64,000 bases of DNA, from contig NC_092671.1 in the NCBI RefSeq assembly GCF_964355755.1, positions 5,766,001 through 5,830,000 of the forward strand, given 5' to 3'. Below, piece by piece: positions 37,711-51,806 of the stretch (positions are counted from its first letter, which is position 1; each line of letters opens with the position of its first letter). Source of the DNA: Antedon mediterranea. Lineage: Eukaryota > Animalia > Echinodermata. The translations under genes were made by a program, and so were the position numbers. Below the pieces are notes generated by a model that worked only from the letters and a program-made list of their open reading frames with translations, did no database searches and had not been told where the DNA came from.

Positions 37711-39156
37711 ATTATGTAGCTGTTTTGTCAATGAATAATAAACTTAATATATGCAAGTTAATTTTAGTATGCATACATTATGCGATATTATATTTTATGT
37801 TATGGGGGTGTGGGTGGTGTGTGTGTGTGTGTAGGCCAGTATAATGTTTCCCCTTGGACGTCATCCTTATCACATTGATTTCTCTAAGCTCGAATGATGA
37901 CATAATTCGTCGTTAAAGTAATGGAATGAAATAAATTGAGTAAACATACGTAATATCGATTATAATCTACACGTTCTTGCTTTAAAGCGAATTATCAATG
38001 GAATTACTCGTGAAAATAGAGATCATTTGTTCTATTTATAGCCGGTTACTGTTTGACAATGAGGGTGCGGCGCTGTATTCGTTAGTAATTTTTGTTCTAT
38101 TTACTCACCACTCGGTCATTGACTTTCAATTAGAATCTGCGATGACGGTTGTTTTTTTAGAATTTTCAAAATACGGGTTAAATCGAAGTTAAAGGTCTTT
38201 CCATGTACCATATTAATCAATATTTTTTCACTCCAGCCTGTGATTACGTTATATTTTTTATAAAAAAAAAAACATTTTTTTATTTCACTCTTGATGAGAA
38301 AATAAATGTTTACTGTTTTGTAGGCCTAGAGAATCACAAAAGGACAATAAACCAATTCATGTATTATAATTTGAAGAAATCTACAGGTTGTCGACGAAAC
38401 GAAACGTCACTTAAGGTAAATACAGATATGTTATTTTGGTTCAACATCGCACAAAGGTAGCCTACCGGTAACAAGTAACTGAATTGGTGTAATGCATTGG
38501 TATACTGTTTGTGTACAAATTCAAATTGTTGGTGTATAGGTTATATGTTGTGATACGAGATGAGACCCTTTTAAATCTTCATGGTTTTCCTACTTTTCTA
38601 AGTATTAAACAGTAGGCCTATTCAGTATATTAAAGCACGGTTAATTCACCTTCTTCATTGCCCTCGTGCTAACTGTAAGCTGAATATGTTTCCAAGTTTG
38701 ATTTACGTAATAGTGTGTAATGGTGGTATAGTTTAAATCAAGTTCCAACATCATAAAATGATTGACTAGTTATGCAAGATTTATTATAGATCTTACGCCT
38801 TCAGACGATTTTGACTGCTAACTAAAAAGTTATTTACTACAAGTGTTGTATTTCCGGTTATTCTCTGTCCGCTGATTGGGTAAATATCTTATGAATAATA
38901 ATTAAGTACGCCACTATTGAGAACCACGCCTACTTAGATTGTGTAATTTTCTCTCATTTTTCTGTTACTTCATCTTTCATGATTTGCATTTGATTTATTC
39001 TTGGTATGAGCCCACGGCTGGTTTTCAAAAGTGTGTAAACAGTGATTACTCGTCATACTATATTAAGCGGTGAGGAGACCCTTAGAGCAGACCTTCAAGC
39101 TTGCGCGTCGTAAGCTTTCGTCACATCCAGTGGTGTAACGCGTTAGAACAATCGCA

Positions 39157-42100
39157 ATGGACTACAGTTATGCATATTTTTATGTTCCATGCCTTCTATC
39201 GTTAATATTTTGTCATATTACAGAGTGCATGCGAATACCATGGCGAAATGGAGGCTCGGATTTGATTCTACAGGTAAGTACTACATATTATAGTACTGCA
39301 TAGTGTTAAATTCTAGATACACTTTGTTACAGCAATTTTCTAATGAGACAATTTTTACATTAAAATCACTTTACAGATTTTTTATATATCTACCTCCAGC
39401 CAGCCAGAATTGAAAACAAACTTAATATGCATTAGTTCAATACACAATTGATCATCCTAGCCATCTCGATAAACTTTACATGCCATCATTAAGGCAGGAT
39501 TTATTTTTGTAGTTTTTTATATTGATATTAATCCTATGTAATCTGTATTCTAATACTAATAAAAAGATAGATTCTTAAGAATTTTCTATAACCTATTGTG
39601 AAGCATATGATGAAAATAATAATTTTGTATTTCTTGGTGATATATCTGTCATGGAAGATAATAAAAATAGTTATTATTATTTAATTGCATTTATAAAAAA
39701 CGTGTATACTTTTCTAAATTGATAAAATCTATATATAGATGTATGGCAAATCAACTACGTATTGATTGCCCTTTCTATCAAAATCGATTACGATACGAGA
39801 CGAAGAGCCTACGTGTAGGAGGATACAACGGTCACGCTTTGGTGCACGTGCGTGTCTGACTATATTCGCCCCTTATCATCTTAAACACATTTGAGTGTTT
39901 TTGATTAATTCATTTTGCAATACACACAAACATTATTATTTGTATGTCATTATTTCCAACGGACAATGATTAGCTCATAACACTGTATAAATACAATGAC
40001 GCAACAACAATACCAACAAAAACTAATTTATTGAAGTAAATATGTTGTGTAGACTTTTCTAAGAACATCTTGTCTACCATTATAAAACAACAAATTGATA
40101 TGTTATAATATTTATTTTTGTTAAAGAATCTACTACTAGCTTTTTAAAATAACATAAATATTTCAATTAACATTAAGAACATACGTACAACACGTTTAAG
40201 AAAGAGACGGAATTTTAAATACATTCCTTTTGCTTGTAAATATAGGTCCTGAAAAATAACACGTGATCTTGTAATAAGTCTAACAGTTGCCTGTATTTTG
40301 TTTGCATGCTTATCTTTCCCACAATCTTACTACATAAATACCTATAAATTTGAGCAATTTGTATAATAAGTTATTGCTTTTCAGATAAAATCTAAAATTA
40401 ATATGTCGCCACCGTTTCCCTTTTGTCGTATGCCCCGAGAACTTTATGTATTGTTTTACTTTTGGCGTAATTATTAACCAAGACAAATTCCGAGTTGTGG
40501 AAACAGAGACAAAATTGCCAAAGGCAAAGAGCATGTGTCTTGACTGGTCAAAATGTGGCTTGTATTATTTGCAATTGCCAAATTTGAACATTTGACCTAT
40601 TTTGTGGCATACATACCCCGGGTCATGACCTAGACGTAGGGCAGATTTGAACATCAAGGTAGCCATGTGTTTAACTAATGTACACCCCCTATTGCGAAGG
40701 CCGCAACCCCCTCTATTTGGAAACAATCTTTACCCTGTTGTGAGAGCTTCTCCCCATTTCGTTGGTTACCCGGGCATTACGCGGGTTCCAACCAATTGTC
40801 AGGGAACAGTATTCAGTTAAGCATCCAGCTTCTGTATTGATTAATTATTTTAAAAAATCCCCTTTTCAGTTTAATTGGGCTTAGAGAATAAATATAGCTT
40901 TCAATATTTGTCAAAGCTTTAAGCAAAACTATTCATTGTAATTAAATGATAAGACATTTCACGTATCCAAAATTTAGTACCCATTTATTGTCCTGAATAG
41001 AGACCGTCTGATAAAAAGGTCTTGTTTAATTTTGCTTTATCAAAAAGATAATAAACAGTACTTCCAGTCGTTTGTTTATACTGGCTCCAAATTCAGCATG
41101 TGAACTTTTCCGTCGCTTTTTCAATTTTTTTTTATAGCGAACATCTCGCCAGTATCAACACACAAGATGTGTACTTAGGTGGAAAACTTGACGTCAGTGA
41201 TACTATAGAAACGTTCGCAGGTTGTGCAAGCCCTAAGATGTGGTTCAGTACCGTAACAATCCCCGCATTTTGTTCAGACCAATACCAGGTTTATTTCAGG
41301 TTGTTATATCGATTTCTTGAACAGCAATCACGATGTATCCTACTTTTTTTTTTCAATTTGCATACAAACGATCGACAAGAATAAACACAAGAACTACCAA
41401 TGACGTAGGTTGTGTATATTCATAATAAATAATAGAACCTGGGGGAAAGTGTCATCCCTACAAAAATGGTTTGACATGAGTAACTTAGGAGTTAAAGTAG
41501 GATTGTAGCCTATATCAGTTCAGAGTGTTGCAAAACTTATTTTAACTGGCTCTCGGAAAAAAATAAGACATAAGATAACTTTATTATCTCCAATTAGAAG
41601 AAATTACAAGAGCTTGCAATCAAAAACTACATAACAAATTGGGCCTACAGATATAAAAATATAAATACGAACAATACAAAAATCAGTAAGAAATAGAAAA
41701 ACGTCTCAGTTACCTTTTATGATCTTCATTAAAGAAGAGAACATTGCTTGTTCCATGTCAAATTTCATAGAACTGTACCATAACTAACACCATACCAATT
41801 TAAATGTACTCCTCATTCGATTTTAGACACTTCTAAACTTTGATATTGCGTGCAACACGCAATTTCAAACAACTCACCCGCTTATTTCTCATTAATTTAT
41901 CGTTTGATTCATCTTATCTTAAATATATACTTTTCTCAAAACAATTATCTTTTCCATGAGTAATTATGTGTCTTTGAAAGCAGGTTTTGCATGATCAAGG
42001 TAATAAAATGTACCTTTTATTAACAGATCAAATTTTGTTGAGAAAGTGCAATTGTAAATTGTAGAAAACCGTTTCAGATTAATAGGATATTATAATATAC

Positions 42101-45100
42101 TATATATCATCTTATTGTTGTTGTTGTTGTTGTTGTTACAGAACAAAATTAGAAAACGTTTCAATATTTCCTTGTGGTCTCCACACACAATTTAACACAC
42201 AAAACATAGATGCTTTCATGTATTCAACATTCCAACCAATATAGGCCTAACAACAGTAAAAGAACGCTTTATAGATTAGACTACGTGGATTATATAACAT
42301 TTTAACATACAAAACATATACTATCAAACTTTTTTTTATTACCTTGTCAAATAAAAAGTTAGAAGGATTGATAGAAAATGAATGTCGATTCCAACGTTTG
42401 TATAAGTTTAATTGGAGAGGATCTCCTCATTTGAAGAATAAAAATGTAAAATATGGGTAGGCCTATGCTCCAGGCGTTTAAACTATTATTATACCACAAA
42501 TAATATTTCTGCTTTTTAAATATAAAAATAAAGCATGGTACGTGTTCATGGACGTTGGTGTATTCTTTAGGTTAGGATAACATTTATTCCCACGTATAGT
42601 TTAAACGCATTTTTTTACATGCCACATAACAACGGCGAGACAAAATGGAAATGTGGACATCTCCATCAGTCTGATCTTTAGAAGTCACAGACTGCACTGT
42701 TTAAATACCATGATCGTTATGAAAACGTCTACAATGATTCATCAAGTTGAAGCAAGTACATAGCAAATTATTATAGAGAGCACTTAACCGCGCGGCAGGG
42801 TAGCGGTTGTTAAAAAATATAAGCGACTGCGCTGCGTGCTGGTCTGGTAATGAAAACGATTCACGTCGCCGCCATTATCTACCATTTAACCACCCGGGCA
42901 GCAGTGTCAACCTAGGCTGGAGGGATTGCCCACCATGTCTTACCCAGTCTATGATGGTTTTGTCTTTGATATGTTTTTCTGATTCTAATTAATAGACGAT
43001 TTAAGCATGCTGGGTTCTTGTATATGAGCTGAATTATGTCGAAATCCTAAGTCCAAATCGCGGCCTGAATATCGAAAGTACACGGACGTAAAAAGTCTAT
43101 TTTTAAAGGAAGATCGTAAATTATATATTATTAATATGCTATATTGAGCACAGTACACATAAATACAACATATTAAACTGTTATGTTCCACATTGCATCA
43201 TTAACGATGCAGCAAGCCAATTGTGAAATTAATTATTTTTAGAATGGGTGTTTGAAAAAAATACACTTTTTACCTAATATTGTAATTAGTTCATCGCAAT
43301 AAATGCAATGCATAATTAAGCTTTTCTGATAGTTTTACGTAACTATGCAAAATGTTATTATGTTCATGATCAAGGGGCCATTTGGAACATAAATGCGCTG
43401 ATACAGTAGTCGTTTACATTCATATGACCCCACCTCCGCTTTTTGAACTTTATTGTAAGATTTAAATGTACAGAAAATTCATCAAATATATTAGTGTCCA
43501 GTCTGTATTATTCTTACCTTCGACCCATGTCGAGACTGTTTGATTGTTTCTTTGATTGTTCATGTCAATGTATGTTTATTGCAATTGTTTGTGAGTATAA
43601 CCCCCTTGAAACAGAGTCATTTATTTCTTAGTTCAATATCCTCATATCCCGAAACTCGGGTCAGTAAAAATGGTAGTGTTTATCGATATTGCATCTAACC
43701 AATGAATCAAAGTGCCAATGAAGAAAGATATAATAATATACAGTGGTTATTATTGGCTTTGAGGTGAGGATCTGCGACTATGGTGCAAATGGATCGTCCG
43801 CCGACTTCAGACGTTTTTAAGCTCATCAACTTGTCAACAAAACACTATCATATAAAGCGAAAAATCTTTGATTGTTGGTATTTCCAATGTATTGAATTTT
43901 GGTGTTTGGTCCTGGTTTTTTAAGATTCTGTTTTAACGAAAACTAATTTCAAGCTAGGTTCATCTACAGGTTAATGGAGTTTTCCACTACCTTTCAATCA
44001 GGGGGAAAATGGCAAAAGGTTTCCTACTTTCTTGGATTTTTATCAGATAATCTATATTGTTTTGACAACTCTTGTAACATGACCACAGTGCTGATTTTAC
44101 CATTTTTCTTCTAACTGCTTTGCCTATTATAGCTTGATGTGATAGTGGTATCTATACTCAGAATGACGTTAAAGCTACGTCCGCGCTAAGCCCGAATTCT
44201 GTCCGATGATGACCGGAGAAAACTCCGGCTTACGTTCTGAGCACGTAGTATGCACGGTTCTATTCTTAAACACTACATCCATTCTTCAACATTGTTGTAT
44301 CCAGATATCGGACTGGAATCCAAGTGTAGTGTGAACGTAGTATCAAACACAATTTATAATGTATATATTTAAACTCGGGGAGTTTTTAATTAAACATGAG
44401 TCTTATACAAAACTTTACTTTACGTTTATTTTTGTACTGTACTAAATTTGTAAAGATAACGTGTACCATAAAAAGCCAATTACGATATAGAATAGAAGTC
44501 GGATATGTTTACGTAACGTACAAGTTTATTAATATAATCGGTTTAAGTGATGCCTTGGTGATGACATTTGTTGTAAATCTTCACTTGCTGTTTATTTAAC
44601 ATCACACGTTAATAAAGATCCATCCAATTTCAAGCAAACGTCGTCACAATCACCTGTATATTTAGATCTGACATTTAACAACTTTCACACGTTGAATATT
44701 CATATTGCAGTTATAGTATAACGGTACTGTATCTTTGTATTGTCTATTGATCCTTTGAAGTTTGTGGAAACCTTTGACAGGGTCCTAATTCGCGGAAATT
44801 GGAATGTTCATATTAGAATAATGTCGACTGTCATTGATCCTATGTGAAGTTTGTACTGACATTTAACAAGGTTTCAATTCACACAATTTGAATGTTCATA
44901 TTAGTATGTTGACTGTCTATTGATCATTTGTGAGGTTTATGACGACTTGCCTTCTAGGTCCTAATTCACACATAATTTGAATGTTAGTAGGACTAATTAG
45001 TATAATGTCGACTGCCTATTGATCCTTCGTGAGGTTCGTGGCAACTTCTGACAAAGTCCTAATTCACACAATTTGAATGTTCATACACCTGCCTATTAGT

Positions 45101-48100
45101 ATAATGAGGACTGGCTATTGATCTTTTGCGAAGTTTCTGACGACTTCTGAGACAATGTCCTGATTCACAAAATTTTAATGTTCATGTTGCTATAATCTCA
45201 ACTGTCTATTGATCCTTTGTGAAATGTGTGACTACTTTTGACAAGGTCCTAATTTAGTAGTATGTAGGACTGTCTTGACCATTCCTAGTACTCATTAACA
45301 ATTCTGATCTTAAAATGGAAGCGTGCAGTAGCAAAAAGATAACGAACAACCATAGGCCTACCAACTCTATCCCACCATGTTTATCGGTCAGTTTCCACAG
45401 GGGTTGAGTTCCCCTTGTTAATCCGGGATTGTTTCATGAAACCACTCACGCAATACAGACCACAGACAGTGACACACAATTGATTTAAATCGATAGTAAT
45501 TATTCAATGAAACATCACCACAGTGTTATTACATTATTTTGGGCTATAATGTGACAGGTTCGCCTGTACTTTCCAATAAACTGTGTGGGCAGGTATCCAA
45601 AAAATATTAGCACGCGAGTGTATCTGCTAATTATTTAAGGATCCTCACGTTTATTTTTTTTGTTTACTTGTTCATTTTTAACTTAAGCATGGATGAATTA
45701 GCTTTCAACTATATTTAGACTATATCATACATTCTAATAAAATATAAATTAGTTTACATATTATTTTGGATTATGTATTAATTCAGAATATGAATTATAC
45801 CATTATTCAGATGTTGATTGCATTGTCCTACGGTACAAACGAAGACAATATTTATTTAAACCAGGAAAGAGTAAAATTCACCTGATTTAAACTAGGGTGG
45901 ATCGGTTATTGTACACAACCTTTTTGCATTGTGTCTGCCTATATTAATATGATTCATAACTATTGCATTTAAAATGTTCACATTTTGTTCACAAACAAAT
46001 TCATTTTAATGTATGGTGAACTCACTTTTGGTAATGTGTTCTATTGTTTGTGTTTTAATTTATTAGTTGATAAACGGGACCATGACCGTGTTTACATGCC
46101 TGATTGTATTTCGCTATTTTATTTCGGTATTTTATTTATGGTTTAAGGGTTTAAGCCTTATTAGTCTGGGTTCCAGATGGAGTTTTGACTTAATATTGCT
46201 AAAAGATAATTATTTTGGCACATATGGCGTTTCATACGTACTGCTTGAAATTTAAAAAAAATTAATTTAAAAAAAGACAATACAGAGTTAGCGCAAGTCT
46301 AAAGCCTTATATGTACTAGCCTTATCTCGTTTTTTCGAACTACCAAGGTGTATATAGGCCTTTTTATTTTTACTTTTTGAAATTCTGCAAACATTATTGC
46401 GTACGCACGCGGCTTGTCAAAGAACTTCTGTTTCTAGCCTAATATTCTAATATCAACAGCAGTAAAGTCTAGAAATATTAAACAAACGATCATGTGATTA
46501 TACAACATCAAAAACCCGAAAAGACGGTGTTTATAATAAGGTACGCACTCGCTTTAGAAGGCCATAGTGTTACGACTTTGTCACAATACATTTAAATTTG
46601 AAGATCGTATAATTGAAAGACATTTCCAATATGCTATATTTTTTTACAATTTCTGTACAACTGGGGTGGGTTAATTGGAGGGGGGGGGGCGACCACTAAG
46701 CCCGAATTCGACCCAGTGATCGAATAAAACTCTCTCACCTTTTCGATTACCCGCGTTTTGTAAGGTTAAGTTAGGTTATTGTATATGAAACCAAGGCAAT
46801 CTAACAACACACTGAGCTCGCCTTCCTAAGATAGGAACTCGTAACAGTTCTTTGATCTTATGTCTGGCTGCGACAAATACCAACTTGACTGTAGGCCTAC
46901 ATAATACTGTCTGCGGCGCGCGGTGTCTGTTAGGGGGTGTGGAACTGATCGTGTCACAGCCACAGATAACCCCTTTGATTTCCAGAGCTCAGTATCCTGT
47001 TGTTAGATTGCCTTGATGAAACTAGGCGATACATAATATGTGATGTGATGTTGTAATGAGGGATTTTTCCTACGATACTGGAGAAATGTAGATACAGTTC
47101 CATTTTTTATCCGGCCACTGGACCGGAATCCGGGCTCAGTGTGAACGTAGCCTTAATTTATTTTTAATTATTAAAATTTGTATTTCTACAGCGATTTCCA
47201 CTTCCGCTACAGACGTTTCGTTGTCTAGATGGTCAACTAATCGATGTTGAAAATGTATGTGATGGCTATAGGCATTGCTTAGACGATGAATTATGGTGTT
47301 CAGGTACGACTTGTTTTGTTTGTTTACACGATAATAATCAATGTAACACTTCTTACGCTATTAACCACTGTAGCAATGTGAAAAACAATGCATTTTCAAT
47401 TAAATGAATCGAATAGATGAGAATTTCATCCACCCACGTTCTTAATAAAACACAGTTGCTATTAGCCGCCTGGTATCAGATCATACGTTTTTTTTACTAC
47501 GTCAATACAATCCTTCTCTAATTGATAACAATAATAATAACAATTATACCACATTTATATAGCGCCCTTTTCATAAATAAACATGCTCAAATGCATGTTT
47601 ATTAATCACTGTTGCTTGGTGGTTAAATGCGTTAAAATTGTATTTTTGTGTTCAACTTTATTTTCCCAATATAGGCTTATTGAAACGCTTTCATTTTTTT
47701 CATTCATTCATTTATTCATTCATATTTTCAAAATAACATTTTGTGAGGAAGCGAAATAGTAGGAGCCTATATCTAGAGGTATAACATGCTTCAATTATTT
47801 GAAATACAGAAATTGGTTAGGCCTATTAATTACATAAATGTGAACCCTCTTATCGCCTAATAATAGTGCAATCATGTATCATCCTTATTATTTATTTGCT
47901 ATCAAACTTTGTTTATATACTGTGTACACTGTCACTTTCATGCTAAATTTTTATATTAAATATATGTCATTCATCGGTAATGTCATCATTAAGTCATGTG
48001 GATCAATATGTTAGTAAAAAACGTAGAGTTTGTTTGAAAGGTGATTTAAATACGCTTACTTGCCAATCTGGAATGATCATGAATCAAGACATTTTACCAT

Positions 48101-51100
48101 AGTAAAACGTATGGATTCACCTCTGGGACCAGGAAAATGAGGCCTAGGCCTATCACGTCATATTATTATTTATTATAATTAAAATACTGTTCGACTGCGA
48201 CTTTGATTTTCTGATTAGTTGACCGTGTCAAGAAAATTAAATAATGAAATTCGACTATTCAAATTATGTGAGCCTAAACATAGATTGCATTTATATTAAG
48301 TTGATCTGGGGATATATTCCAGTTATGTTCTTATATTTTAGATATATAGGCACATAATTATGTTTAATGGGTATCGCCCGGTAGACTATACGTCGTTTAA
48401 AGTTAGTAATTGGTTCATTATACATAGACCTACATATAGGCAGGTTCGTTTAATCACTCGTAACACTTCAATCCATTTGTTATATTGACTATTATTATGT
48501 AAACTTAATTACCGCAGAATGATATATTTACGAAATAAAATGAAATATTTAGGCGCTGCATACCTAAGAAATGGTCCTTTTTTAAAGTATTTCCAATGAT
48601 TTATTATATTGCTTGTAAATATTGTTAGTTTCGTTAGTTACTATGTTTACTTGTTTTCCAACATATTCTTTTGTTTCTGAACCTTACCGCCACTGATTCA
48701 AAGTTCAATAAATGGTCAACAAATACAAAGGTCAATAAATGGTCAACAAATAAATTAAAAGTAATGATATGTCATGTTCATTCTTTATTCAACAATTTAA
48801 TTATTTAAATTTTCTGCATTTTTGTAATTTTTTAAATACACACACGAAATGTCAATAAATCATTTTTTTTACATAATACGTATACCTACATGGACTCTTT
48901 TTTTAAAGTGTGTCTTTTTAATAATTAGCTTGTAGTGTCGGAACAAAAGATGGTGCATTATCTTGTGAAATAGACGGACAACCGACGTGTGTTGAGGCCG
49001 TACAGGTAAGAACTTAGGGGAATTTATTAGATGGTAGTTATGCCTAGCAGGGAGTTGTACAATGTTTTACAACTCCCTGGACGCGATATTTCTTTTCGTA
49101 CCCCTCATGAAACGTCACAAAATAAACATGAATATCCATTAGTCACGTAAGAATTAAGCTAACTACAATTCACTTCTCTTCCTATCGAGCCGTCTGTAGT
49201 CGAGTGAATTCGACTATGGACTTAGTATGTCGATGTATGGGGGGTAGAATTCCATGAGCAACTTCTTTTTACTTTATAGTGAGAGAGAGATTATTTAGAA
49301 GGTTAGGTTTAGTTGTTTAGGAAGTAGTTTGACCATCTTTCACTTAAGGGGTCTCCAACTTATGTACGAAAAATAACATCGCTTTCTGGGATTACTAGTC
49401 AGGGTGCCTATATGTCACATATTGCTACACATCTCCTCCGTTGTGTTTTGACGATAAATATTAAATGTTTCCTATCCTATTTTAACACACTATCAATGTA
49501 CTTTGCAATACTATTAATTACCCATTATCCCATTTACTATCAATCAATCGGGCGCGCCCGAACCCTTGCTCAAAGCTCTCCACGTGTCCCTGTCTGTCGT
49601 AGCTCTTCCATTGTGAGATCTGTGTCATTTTCCAACTGGGTGACATCATCATCTTCCTGCCTCTCGGTGTCCATGATTGGGCTTCCGTTTACATTAAAAC
49701 GTATACAATTATTACAATTCTGATTACCTGGGCTTATATTATAAAATGCCAATTAAACAACTGTGATAATATCTAAAGTCTATAGGCCTACATTCCCCAC
49801 GGGAACAAAATCCTAGTTTAATGCGTTGCTTATGTGATGGGTTTTTGACCATCAGGTTGATTAATTGGTTATTAATTACAAAGTGCATTAGCTATGATTG
49901 TAAACATACTGTTAATTTTTGCACATCATCATGCCAGCTTAACACTATTGACTTGAAAATACATCGAGTTCTGAGAAGACAGAACACTGCAGATTCCCCT
50001 TCCACTACTTTGCTTACCTTACGCCTAAGTTTATTCACAAACGTTGGCATTCAAAATGTGTCCGTTAATTTGCTATCCTGTATAGGCCTACTGATTTTCC
50101 TACAAAATGTCAATGACATTTGTAGAAATTGGGAGGTTTAGTTACTATATTTATTTGCCGTTAGTATACATTTTATTTATTTTTACTTGTAAGATTTGTG
50201 ATGGAAGGCGCCATTGTGACTCTGGTATAGATGAACATAACTGCGAAAAAGACAAGTTCGTGTCTACATTAGCTAGAAGGAAAAGAATGCAACAAGCATC
50301 AAAAACTAGTAAGACTCAACAGTTTTTGTTTCGATACAAGTGCAAATCTGCGTGTACTTGTTTTCATTCTGATAATATTGTTGTGATATTAAGGTCCATT
50401 TACACTAAGGCGATATCGATAAATAGATAAATAAGGATTTTTTCATACCTGAAACAAAAGAAATTAAAACAGTTTTCATTCTAGAACTGTAGGATAATCA
50501 TCTATGCTGCCTTATAATAATAAATATAAATAATACAATTTTCACCCGCCCAATCAAATGACGTCATGATTAGTAAGACCAATAATATCATTCATAATCA
50601 TATCATCATCGATTTTATTATTTTTTATTGATCATGACGTCATTTGATTAGATTTTTTTTAATATAATTTTTATCAAAGACCGCATAAATGATTATCCTA
50701 TAGTTCTAGAACAAAAGTCTTTCTAATTTCTTTTTTTAATAGTATCTTTTTTTTTCTAGTATCAATATCCTAACTGCTATTACCAGGGAAGAGTGAATTT
50801 CTTCCCTGATATTACTAACTACAGTACGATATTTTTACTGGTCTTTAAATGAGTTATGTTTATGATTTCATCAAACCAGGTGGCCAATAAAGCGGAGGGC
50901 GCTAGAGTAAGCTAAAAAATGAAATACAAAGACGAATTTGAATTGATGTTTTTTTTGTATTTTTTTTTTTATTTTACAGGGGATCTATCAATAATTGAAA
51001 AAAAGAAGAGTTACGAGATACCTTGTCATCCTAATTTTAACAAATATTGTTGGAATGGAGGAAACTGTTTTTACATTGACAACCCTAAAAAACGTTTCTG

Positions 51101-51806
51101 CCTGTAAGTTAGTATTTGAAATACTGAATAATGTTGATGACGCAGATAGCCTAATGGGAGTGATGATGACAAGATGGTGATGACAAGGGATTAATAATGG
51201 TGTTGATAATTTTGTTTTAATTCCCAGTGCTGTATCTCCACATAATATCTATTTTCTAAGTATCATAGGAATATTTGGTAATACAGCATCACATGTGGTG
51301 CCTGTATCATGTAAGGGTTAGGTTACTCTAGATACATGTGATGTTGTATTACCAAATATTCCCACGATACTTAGATACAGTGACGAGAATCGGCTGTTTA
51401 ATGGTTGTTATAATTACAAGATGATGATGACGACGATGATGACGATGATATACGAATAATAATATATGATTATAAATATAATTTAATTATCTATGTTTGG
51501 CTCTAAAGCTCTTTATACACTAATAAAAGTGTAATGTGCCTAAATAGGGTAGTGATATGCCCAAATATGGTAGTGATATAACATCAGTCATGAGCACGTC
51601 ACAATTTTAGTCACAAAGTTTGATATTACGGTGTAGATAAGGCTTAACTCAATGTTCCAATTATAAATGCATTCCCCTAACTTTCTTTTGCATGTTTTTA
51701 TTTATTTAATAATAATCTATTCTATTGTATTTTATATAGCTGCAAAACTGGATTCGAGGGACCTCGCTGTATGCATCTTTCTCCAAGCGATTATTCTTCT
51801 TATTAA
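39157..51806 (+). CDS. Secreted LDLa-LDLa-(RRKR)-EGF protein, putative EGFR/ErbB-type ligand precursor, ~203 aa, 6 exons
   Basis: Exons 39157-39273, 47192-47303, 48929-49005, 50194-50308, 50980-51103, 51740-51806; phases compatible, 612 nt. Signal-like N-terminus MDYSYAYFYVPCLLSLIFCHITEC, a 4-Cys LDLa-like module, a full LDLa (...ICDGRRHCDSGIDEHNC), RRKR, then EGF CHPNFNKYCWNGGNCFYIDNPKKRFCLCKTGFEGPRC, with stop 11 aa later. Exon 1 assignment is less certain than the rest. Confidence 0.8.
44690..45275. repeat. Degenerate ~85-95-bp minisatellite, ~6-7 copies, intron 1 of the LDLa-EGF gene
   Basis: Recurring GACTGTCTATTGATCCTTTGTGAAGTTTGTG...GGTCCTAATTCACACAATTTGAATGTTCATATTAG. Confidence 0.85.
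50478..50711. mobile_element. MITE-like inverted repeat in intron 4 of the LDLa-EGF gene
   Basis: TTCTAGAACTGTAGGATAATCAT ... ATGATTATCCTATAGTTCTAGAA termini, plus inner AAATGACGTCATGAT / ATCATGACGTCATTT. Confidence 0.65.
51231..51380. repeat. Short inverted repeat (MITE-like) in the intron splitting the EGF domain
   Basis: CTAAGTATCATAGGAATATTTGGTAATACAGCATCACATGT pairs with ACATGTGATGTTGTATTACCAAATATTCCCACGATACTTAG. Confidence 0.7.
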
